Below, in pieces: positions 57,021-64,000 of a stretch of DNA of 64,000 nucleotides. The notes below the pieces were generated by a model, which had not been told where the DNA came from, did not search any database, and saw only the letters and a program-made list of their open reading frames with translations. Position numbers and translations under genes: made by a program. Every line of letters starts with the position of its first letter. Position 1 is the first letter of the stretch. This DNA comes from a virus (taxonomy: Duplodnaviria; Heunggongvirae; Uroviricota; Caudoviricetes): IMG/VR virus record IMGVR_UViG_3300042535_000037, positions 36,031 to 100,030 of that record, one strand, 5' to 3'.

Positions 57021-57274
57021 GGAATAACATGACTCATGAACTAGTAAAAACGGCACTATTAGGTAAATGGGAAGTATCTAAAGTAGGAAAAGATGGATTG
57101 ATTTCTCAACATGGAAAAGAAATTTCTGATTTACAAATGCAAGAAATATGTTTTGATTTCCTATCTAAAAAGCTAAAAGAAATGCCAGATGGTTTCAAAG
57201 TTAAGCCAACAGGTTATCACATGGTAATCATTGTCAATCAATTTGATTTAGAGGTAACAAAATGCAAAAAATAA
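57017..57274 (+). CDS. hypothetical small protein
   Basis: ATGA coupling. Confidence 0.45.
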   Translation: MRNNMTHELVKTALLGKWEVSKVGKDGLISQHGKEISDLQMQEICFDFLSKKLKEMPDGFKVKPTGYHMVIIVNQFDLEVTKCKK

Positions 57275-57423
57275 TCTTCGGAACCCACCTCTCCGAACAA
57301 TCAGCACTTTTCATCTATGATGACAAAATCATCAGCACAGAACACACTTACATCGACAATAAACCCGCCACCATCGTTAAAACCACCGACTAATTTTTAT
57401 ACCATCACATCTTTTTTCTTTTC

Positions 57424-57663
57424 ATGACAATGGCAAAAGAGTCAACCCTCAAGGGTTACAAATCAAAAATAAAATGGACCACCGACAAAACACTCCCGAT
57501 GATGCAAGGAATGGCTATCAACGAGGTCATTAAAAGATACAACATCCCTGCTAAATCATGGGGTTATTCCGGCTCCATCATTGGTGTCGAAACTTCCAAA
57601 CAATACCTCTTCTGGAAAGACCTAGGTTCCCACTTAGAATTCAAGGGCATTCTTGACAAATGA
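57424..57663 (+). CDS. hypothetical small protein
   Basis: promoter at 57390. Confidence 0.5.
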   Translation: MTMAKESTLKGYKSKIKWTTDKTLPMMQGMAINEVIKRYNIPAKSWGYSGSIIGVETSKQYLFWKDLGSHLEFKGILDK

Positions 57664-57709
57664 CCCATTACTTTTTTATACATTAAAGTCCTTTTATCAT
57701 TGTGATTAC

Positions 57710-59257
57710 ATGGAATACTCAGAATATCAACTCAAAATTTTCGATTTCATAAAAAATAAAAATGGCAATGCAATTATAGAAGCAGTCGCGGGGTCTGGAA
57801 AAACTACAACTGTAGTAACTTCTTTAGAAATGATTCCACCCACAAAAAGAGCAGTCTTCTTAGCATTCAATGTTCACATAGCAGAGCATCTCAAGACAAA
57901 GGTTCCAAAAGGTGTAGATGTTATGACTCTCCATTCTCTAGGTAGACGCATCCTTGTCCAAAACAAATTCATAACCTTTGATAACAAAGCCGACTCATTA
58001 AAAGTATTCAGAATAGTCGATGCAGTACTTCAATCAAAAAATACTTCCCAAGGTATTCCTTTTCAATCTCAATTTATAAGAAAGGAAGACAAAGCCAATC
58101 TTAGAAAATTCAAATCATCAATTGTTAAAATAGTTGAAAAACTAAAGAGTAGTATGATTCTACCCAATTCTCCATCTTTCTCTAAAGAAGTAATGCATTT
58201 AATCGATTTCTATGAAATAGAACTAGCAGGTTTTCTAAACAAGAATCCGACATCAATGCAGTTCTCAGAAGAAGAATTAATTTCCATAGTAAAAAACACA
58301 TATCTCCAATCATCCCTACAGAAATCCATAATCAATTTTGATGACATGATTTTCATGCCATCTCTCTATAATCTTAAACCATCAAAACTTTATGATTACG
58401 TTTTCGTAGATGAAGTCCAAGACTTAAATAAGTGTCAATCCCACTTACTCAGAAACATCCTCTCTACCACAGGTCGCATAATTGTAGTAGGCGACACAAA
58501 TCAAGCCATCATGGGCTTCGCAGGAGCCAACACAGAGTCTATGAAGTACCTCTCTGAAATGTTCTCTGCTCAATCACTCGAATTATCCATATGCTATAGA
58601 TGTCCAAAATCCCACATCTCTCTAGCACAAACCATAGTTCCTAGAATTAAAGCCCGCGAAAATGCACCCGAAGGCATTATAGAAGACATAAATACATCTC
58701 AAGCGGTACATCTAGCCCAAGATAAAGACCTTATAATTTGTCGTAATAACTCACCTCTAATTTCCATGTGCTTAAAGTTCATCTCATCTGGTAGAAAAGC
58801 TAACATCAGAGGAACTGACCTAGCTACAACCCTTATCTCTCTCATTGAAGACTTCAACGTTCGTAATATTGAAGACCTTCGTGAATCCCTCATAATTTGG
58901 AAAAAGAAAGAGGTAGAAAATTGTAAAGATTTCAACATAAATCCTCAACCAATTATTGACCGTTATGAATGTATTATGTGCCTCATAAATGAGTCAGGAG
59001 CCTCTACATCAATTGAATTAATCCAAACCATTAAACATATCTTCTCAGATGAGAATGGCTCAGGAGTTACCTTATCTTCAATCCATAAAGCTAAAGGACT
59101 TGAAGCAAACTCTGTCTTCATCCTTCAACCCCACTTAATGCCATCTATCTATGCAACAAAAGATTGGGAAATGGAGCAAGAGAAAAACCTTATGTATGTA
59201 GCATACACTCGTTCAAAGAACGCTCTTTATTTCATCCATTCGGAGAAAATACAATGA
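57710..59257 (+). CDS. UvrD/Rep/PcrA-like superfamily 1 DNA helicase
   Basis: AVAGSGKTTT, VFVDEVQDLN, VVGDTNQAI, YVAYTRSKN; canonical promoter. Confidence 0.85.
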   Translation: MEYSEYQLKIFDFIKNKNGNAIIEAVAGSGKTTTVVTSLEMIPPTKRAVFLAFNVHIAEHLKTKVPKGVDVMTLHSLGRRILVQNKFITFDNKADSLKVFRIVDAVLQSKNTSQGIPFQSQFIRKEDKANLRKFKSSIVKIVEKLKSSMILPNSPSFSKEVMHLIDFYEIELAGFLNKNPTSMQFSEEELISIVKNTYLQSSLQKSIINFDDMIFMPSLYNLKPSKLYDYVFVDEVQDLNKCQSHLLRNILSTTGRIIVVGDTNQAIMGFAGANTESMKYLSEMFSAQSLELSICYRCPKSHISLAQTIVPRIKARENAPEGIIEDINTSQAVHLAQDKDLIICRNNSPLISMCLKFISSGRKANIRGTDLATTLISLIEDFNVRNIEDLRESLIIWKKKEVENCKDFNINPQPIIDRYECIMCLINESGASTSIELIQTIKHIFSDENGSGVTLSSIHKAKGLEANSVFILQPHLMPSIYATKDWEMEQEKNLMYVAYTRSKNALYFIHSEKIQ

Positions 59258-59370
59258 GATACTCAAACGAAAAATCCCCAAAAAACCTTTCAGCCAAAAA
59301 GCTACTCGAAGACCACGACAAAAACTGCAAAGAAACCCCTATTGACTTAATCCCTCGGAGAATTAAATGA
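59254..59370 (+). CDS. 38-aa basic peptide
   Basis: ATGA overlap with helicase stop. Confidence 0.3.
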   Translation: MRYSNEKSPKNLSAKKLLEDHDKNCKETPIDLIPRRIK

Positions 59371-59621
59371 TAAAAAATTCACTTCGTAGAATTTCATTCC
59401 TATCATTTTTAATAGGTTTCGTTGACTCAATCACAGGCTACCATATCTACAATTACATGCTAACAATATTCTCATCCACAACTATATTCCTATTCTTTGC
59501 ATTCCTAATGCTCTTCTCACTACTAGACATGTTTTCCAAACCTGTTCCACAAATAAACGGAACTCCTGTACCAGAAATCCTCGCATTCTCCCGCGACCTT
59601 TACAACAATCCAAGGAAGTAA
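59367..59621 (+). CDS. membrane protein
   Basis: TM helices. Confidence 0.45.
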   Translation: MIKNSLRRISFLSFLIGFVDSITGYHIYNYMLTIFSSTTIFLFFAFLMLFSLLDMFSKPVPQINGTPVPEILAFSRDLYNNPRK

Positions 59622-59624
59622 ATC

Positions 59625-59837
59625 ATGCGCACAATCATAACTAACGGCATAATCGAAGCATCGTGTCTCGAAAAAACAATCCAAATCAAAGACGTTGTAA
59701 ATAAAACCTACATAGGTCTTTCCACTGAAGAGTTCATCTCCATTATGAAACTTGCAGTAGACTCCCTCTCCAATGACCCAGAATTTGATTCCGGTATGAA
59801 AGAAGTCATATCCCGCTACCTAAAATCCAAAATCTGA
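59625..59837 (+). CDS. hypothetical small protein
   Basis: ORF. Confidence 0.45.
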   Translation: MRTIITNGIIEASCLEKTIQIKDVVNKTYIGLSTEEFISIMKLAVDSLSNDPEFDSGMKEVISRYLKSKI

Positions 59838-59841
59838 TACC

Positions 59842-60021
59842 ATGTTCGAAATTACAGAAGATTCAGAAAACGTAACAATTGTACATGACTCAGGCTCCAT
59901 AAAACTAACTAAATCCGAAGCCATAAAATTAGCAGACTACTTCATAAATGATTATTTATCAGAAGAATGTCCTGAGTGCGGCATGAAAACGAACCCAAAT
60001 GTAGACCATGAGTGTTTATAA
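59842..60021 (+). CDS. 59-aa zinc-ribbon protein
   Basis: CPECG...HEC. Confidence 0.4.
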   Translation: MFEITEDSENVTIVHDSGSIKLTKSEAIKLADYFINDYLSEECPECGMKTNPNVDHECL

Positions 60022-60371
60022 TGTTCACCCACAAAACCACAGAACCCACCCTCTGCCTTGTCAAACACAAGTGCGGAGACATATTCATAGGTCACATCTC
60101 ATTCCCAACTTCAAAATTTACCATAGAAGAATACGAAGTTTGGGAAAATCAATCCACTCCAAACATGCTATGCCTCACAGATAAATACCCACCTGAAGCC
60201 ATAAACCATTACAACATGATTGAAATAGCATTTCTTCAATCAACTGCAAAACTCTACTCAGGAATAGACTTCCGTAAACTCCTTTCAATCATATTTGCCC
60301 TCAACTCTAAAGACTTCTACGTTATAAAACATGCAGCAGAAGACTACATAAAACAATTCGAGGAACCATGA
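60021..60371 (+). CDS. hypothetical protein
   Basis: TAATG coupling. Confidence 0.45.
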   Translation: MFTHKTTEPTLCLVKHKCGDIFIGHISFPTSKFTIEEYEVWENQSTPNMLCLTDKYPPEAINHYNMIEIAFLQSTAKLYSGIDFRKLLSIIFALNSKDFYVIKHAAEDYIKQFEEP

Positions 60372-60943
60372 TTCAAATAGACTACAAGAACATTCATCCC
60401 CTTTCCGACTCTGAACTCGAAGAAATGTTCTCACAACCTCACACTATAGAACTTCTTCACACAAGCGCATCTATGATTTCCGACATGCACCCACAAACAA
60501 AAGAAACCATCATCACTCAATTCAAAAAATCCTTCCAATTCATCTGGAATGACCTATCCAAGTACACAACCACTTTCCACGATGAAAAACTATTAGGCGA
60601 CTTCATTACCTTCACCGTTCGCTATAGTTGCCTCAAGCTCGTCTTAGCATTCACTCTCAACTCTCCTGAAATTCCTCTTCCAATCATCATCCCTAAAGAA
60701 ATAGTGAAAAAAGCAATAACAAAAGTAGAACAACCAAAATATTGTAACTACGATGTAAATGTCATAATAGACATGTTCACTTCAGACATAACATCTGTAT
60801 CTCAAGACATTTCAAACAACAACCTAACAATAGAAGCATTATATCTAGAAATCGTCATGAAATTCATCGAAGACTACTCAAACTTTAAATTCAGCATTAT
60901 AACTTGTAGAGGAACGCAATTTAACGCGCAACTCTTCTCATAA
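60368..60943 (+). CDS. hypothetical protein
   Basis: ATGA coupling. Confidence 0.45.
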   Translation: MIQIDYKNIHPLSDSELEEMFSQPHTIELLHTSASMISDMHPQTKETIITQFKKSFQFIWNDLSKYTTTFHDEKLLGDFITFTVRYSCLKLVLAFTLNSPEIPLPIIIPKEIVKKAITKVEQPKYCNYDVNVIIDMFTSDITSVSQDISNNNLTIEALYLEIVMKFIEDYSNFKFSIITCRGTQFNAQLFS

Positions 60944-60975
60944 CCTTTTTATACATTCAATTCATTTTTTATTAC

Positions 60976-61491
60976 ATGAAAATTAACAACTCCAATATTT
61001 CTCAATCTGACTTCATAAAAGTACTAAAGGACCATAAATCTAAAAACTTATTTCTCTACCTAAGTTTCAATCCTGTAGAAGTCACAGTCAAAGAAATAAA
61101 TGGAAACGTTGTTAAAAAATACATTATCCAAGAGCCTGTATCCGACTCATTTTTCTCAAAGTTAGAATCTACCTGCAAAAACAAAACCACATTAACTCTT
61201 CAAGAATTTACAACACTCTATGACCAAACTCCAAAAAACTATTCCATAGGGAACCTTGACCCTAAAGCCAATTTCTATCCATCAGTAATAAAAGAATACA
61301 TGCTAATGCCAGTTTTCAACTTAACTCCTGAAGAAAAACAACATGAAAGAGCCTTACACCATTTCGTTAAAATCCAGAGCTCTAACTTTCCACAATTAAC
61401 TCAAACATACGAAAATCTTCTCTACAAAAGCTCAACAGACAAGCAAAAAGAAACAATTCTCTTCAGAGTAGAAGTCACCTCTATCACATAA
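60976..61491 (+). CDS. hypothetical protein
   Basis: canonical promoter. Confidence 0.5.
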   Translation: MKINNSNISQSDFIKVLKDHKSKNLFLYLSFNPVEVTVKEINGNVVKKYIIQEPVSDSFFSKLESTCKNKTTLTLQEFTTLYDQTPKNYSIGNLDPKANFYPSVIKEYMLMPVFNLTPEEKQHERALHHFVKIQSSNFPQLTQTYENLLYKSSTDKQKETILFRVEVTSIT

Positions 61492-61523
61492 CATTTTTAT
61501 ACTCATTTTTACAATCTATATTC

Positions 61524-61685
61524 ATGGATAAACAACAATTAATAATGTATCCAATTAAAGCAGCTTCAAGTGTAAAAATGATAACAGACCCACACGAAAA
61601 GTACGAAAGTGATAAAAAAGCAGGCAAAACAACCTTCTGGCAACGCCTAAAATATGAATACATTCCATACCTCTACTCCCTATAA
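61524..61685 (+). CDS. 53-aa hypothetical protein
   Basis: promoter at 61490. Confidence 0.35.
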   Translation: MDKQQLIMYPIKAASSVKMITDPHEKYESDKKAGKTTFWQRLKYEYIPYLYSL

Positions 61686-61716
61686 CTTTTTATACCACTT
61701 CATCCTTCTATCAATC

Positions 61717-61953
61717 ATGACAATAAAAAATTGGAAGAAAACTTCCGACAGACCTAACTTTGAAGCATGGCACAACAAAGAATTAGGTATCCTCATGACC
61801 CTAAACAAACAAATGCCCTTTGCCGGAAAACACAAAGAATATCTTGTTCAAGTCCGTTTCGAAAACTCCACAAGACCCATAGATAACGAATACACAAGAA
61901 AAGAAGATGCTCAAAAATTCATCTCCACCTTCCAAAACCACAACATTGAGTAA
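61717..61953 (+). CDS. hypothetical protein
   Basis: promoter at 61680. Confidence 0.5.
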   Translation: MTIKNWKKTSDRPNFEAWHNKELGILMTLNKQMPFAGKHKEYLVQVRFENSTRPIDNEYTRKEDAQKFISTFQNHNIE

Positions 61954-62010
61954 CTTACCCACTGGTAAGCTACCACTATCTTTTTATACATAAAACACCA
62001 TTACTTATCT

Positions 62011-62217
62011 ATGCAACAAATAATATACAAATTACGTTCGGCTAGAATGATGACCCTCTTAGCAGTCTCAGTATTCATAGGACTCCTTTGCGACATTGAA
62101 TACTACGCCAAGCAAACAACAAAAAAGTCTGCTACCCTCATGGCATACCCTATCGCAGCCATCTTCACGCTTTTCTTCATGCTCTCCCTTCCTATATCTA
62201 TAAATACCAAGAAGTGA
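62011..62217 (+). CDS. small membrane protein
   Basis: canonical promoter. Confidence 0.5.
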   Translation: MQQIIYKLRSARMMTLLAVSVFIGLLCDIEYYAKQTTKKSATLMAYPIAAIFTLFFMLSLPISINTKK

Positions 62218-62227
62218 ATCTTTCATC

Positions 62228-62407
62228 ATGCAAGGAAGTTTAATAGGCAAAGATGGCGAAATGGTTCGCATACAAGGATATTCGTACATAATTACTTGTG
62301 GAACAGACTCTTTTTTCTATATGGGAAATAAGACAGGTCTCAAGGAAGCACTCAGGAGAGCAGATGCCCTCTCACCCGGAAGCAAAGTTCGCTACAAGAG
62401 CGTCTAA
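62228..62407 (+). CDS. 59-aa hypothetical protein
   Basis: ORF. Confidence 0.35.
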   Translation: MQGSLIGKDGEMVRIQGYSYIITCGTDSFFYMGNKTGLKEALRRADALSPGSKVRYKSV

Positions 62408-62448
62408 CCTTCCACAACTTTTTTATACATAAAACTCCATTACTTACT

Positions 62449-62748
62449 ATGCAATTTAAAATAGGTATCCATATATACCCAAATCTTCCACCTTCTATAA
62501 TTACCATAGTAAACAATCAAATTATGGATAATTTTCTATCTAAATTCGAAACACTAAATCCACACCTAATAGTAGAAGCATCCTTCAAATTTACAGATGT
62601 ATTCACTGGATTTTACGTATTCACGGTAGACATACAACCAATTCATGAAACACCAATTAATTCTATGTCAATTAACATCACTAAAGGCGTAAATAGAGCC
62701 TTAGCATCATTCAACTCATCAAACTACGAAGTAGTAAAAATAGCTTAA
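62449..62748 (+). CDS. hypothetical protein
   Basis: canonical promoter. Confidence 0.5.
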   Translation: MQFKIGIHIYPNLPPSIITIVNNQIMDNFLSKFETLNPHLIVEASFKFTDVFTGFYVFTVDIQPIHETPINSMSINITKGVNRALASFNSSNYEVVKIA

Positions 62749-62749
62749 C

Positions 62750-62890
62750 ATGTACAAAATTACCATCCTTAACTCAGAGGGTAGACAAATCAATGTCTAC
62801 TCATGTGAACATCTTCTCGAAGACGAAATCACATACACATTGAAAAAAACAACACCACTATTTCAATCCCAAAATCCCTCTTTATCGTAG
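62750..62890 (+). CDS. 46-aa hypothetical protein
   Basis: ORF. Confidence 0.3.
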   Translation: MYKITILNSEGRQINVYSCEHLLEDEITYTLKKTTPLFQSQNPSLS

Positions 62891-62951
62891 AAATAGAAAA
62901 AATTGAGTAAATTTTATATACTATCCCAACTATTACTTATTTTGTGATTAT

Positions 62952-63374
62952 ATGTTACCCCAAGAATTTGAAAAACTAACACACTTTCAACACAACTTTG
63001 ACCCATCCCTTATTCAAAATCGTGCAGACCGCACCCTTTTATATGGCTACGACTTCGAACGCAATTCTATTCATCTTTTCATGTACAAAGGAGAAGTCCA
63101 TCTCTTACGCTACTCACATGAGGTAGAAACCATCATAGATGGTGTCAGGTTCATCAGCAACTACATGAAACATATTCACATAGACAAACCAATTTCATAT
63201 GATGAAATAGTTCCTTCAAAGCGTCTTTATCCAGAATCATGTGACTTCGAGACCTGCAATCTCATAATCACTGCCGGAGAATCCCTTTCATTCACAAAGT
63301 TCGACCTAGACCGCATGAGCATGTCATCAAACAAAAAGTTCCAAGGATGTTTACCATCATGCCTGAACTACTAA
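62952..63374 (+). CDS. hypothetical protein
   Basis: canonical promoter. Confidence 0.5.
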   Translation: MLPQEFEKLTHFQHNFDPSLIQNRADRTLLYGYDFERNSIHLFMYKGEVHLLRYSHEVETIIDGVRFISNYMKHIHIDKPISYDEIVPSKRLYPESCDFETCNLIITAGESLSFTKFDLDRMSMSSNKKFQGCLPSCLNY

Positions 63375-63682
63375 AATCCCTTCCAGATAACACTCCCATC
63401 TCTTTAGGTGAAATTCGCATAGTCAAGGACATCTCACCTGAAGGAACAGTCCTAATTTACGAACAAGACATGCTGATGTACTCCATAGTCTACGAAGATT
63501 TCAAACCCATTCTTTGTTCAATGGAAACCTACGAAGAAAAGAATGGCTACAGGGTCATCAAAAAATACTCAGAATTCAGCCCATCCAACCCAGACTTCAA
63601 AAACATGGTCTCAACTCTTGAAAACATCATCAAGAACGCCCTCATCATCATCAAGGACACCATCTCAAAAATAGAGGTCTAA
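63347..63682 (+). CDS. hypothetical protein
   Basis: ORF. Confidence 0.45.
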   Translation: MFTIMPELLKSLPDNTPISLGEIRIVKDISPEGTVLIYEQDMLMYSIVYEDFKPILCSMETYEEKNGYRVIKKYSEFSPSNPDFKNMVSTLENIIKNALIIIKDTISKIEV

Positions 63683-63684
63683 CA

Positions 63685-64000
63685 ATGTACATACGCACAG
63701 AAAAACAAGAATCAGTCTCTCAATCCAAAGGCAAGAAGATAACTACAATTACAGAAATGGATGTTCACTCATGCGACATCTGTAAAGATGAAGTCTTCAC
63801 TATCTACAATTGCAAACTTTGTAACAAAGAGCTCTGTGGAAACTGCATCAAGTACAACTATTGCCCTGAGTGCTTCTCTTCAAATTCAATTGCAGCAGAG
63901 GTTATCTCCTTCATAAACACCCGCGAAGTCCAATGTGGTTACTCCTGTCGTGATGAAAAGTTCAAAGACTACAAACTTGAATTTGACGAATACAAATACT
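63685..64000 (+). CDS. Cys-rich zinc-finger protein, N-terminal part (runs off window end)
   Basis: CDICKD...CKLCNKELCGNC...CPEC; open to 64000. Confidence 0.45.
   Translation, partial: MYIRTEKQESVSQSKGKKITTITEMDVHSCDICKDEVFTIYNCKLCNKELCGNCIKYNYCPECFSSNSIAAEVISFINTREVQCGYSCRDEKFKDYKLEFDEYKY

Noticed and set aside
1-64000. Eukaryotic giant-virus (NCLDV) origin suggested by TATA-like promoters and many small ORFs
   Set aside because: GGTGAT Shine-Dalgarno-like motifs at fixed distance from ATG, ATGA/TAATG translational coupling, alternative TTG/GTG starts, and the MC1-like protein indicate a prokaryotic (archaeal-type) expression system

Overview
AT-rich (~37% GC), densely packed window in which about 90% of genes lie on the + strand. 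More than 35 genes on both strands are preceded by a near-identical ~45-nt promoter-leader unit, roughly (T)AACC-TTTTTATACATAAAACACCATTACTCAT-N2-4-GGTGATTCAA-ATG. It combines a TATA-like box, a GGTGAT Shine-Dalgarno-like motif 4-6 nt before the ATG, and frequent TAATG/ATGA stop-start couplings. Together with an MC1-family chromatin protein, this points to an archaeal-type virus or large extrachromosomal element, probably of a euryarchaeal host (inference). No ribosomal or core metabolic genes are present, and no capsid, terminase or DNA polymerase was recognised. Recognisable content: (1) DNA metabolism: ATP-dependent DNA ligase, UvrD-like SF1 helicase, divergent ThyA-family enzyme with a C-terminal zinc ribbon, dCMP deaminase, HD phosphohydrolase, lambda-type metallophosphatase. 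(2) A striking set of RNA/polynucleotide end-healing and sealing enzymes: a bacterial-Pnkp-like trifunctional kinase-phosphatase-ligase, a minimal RNA-ligase-like gene followed by a P-loop kinase, and a second minimal KxDG nucleotidyltransferase. (3) A macro-domain protein in an operon with a GT4 glycosyltransferase. (4) Two paralogous ParB/Srx-like genes on the minus strand. (5) Many secreted or membrane-anchored proteins, including a 1340-aa beta-helix protein, a 1173-aa LamG-like protein, a transglutaminase-like protease, a ComEC-type MBL hydrolase and duplicated secreted modules. (6) An SPFH/flotillin-like protein, a spermidine-synthase-fold protein, an HNH-like protein, and more than 12 tiny zinc-ribbon proteins. 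(7) One tRNA-Asn(GTT). (8) At least two promoter-driven, GC-rich, ORF-less segments that look like structured ncRNAs, plus a noncoding hub with orphan promoter repeats that may be an origin. Most remaining ORFs are hypothetical.
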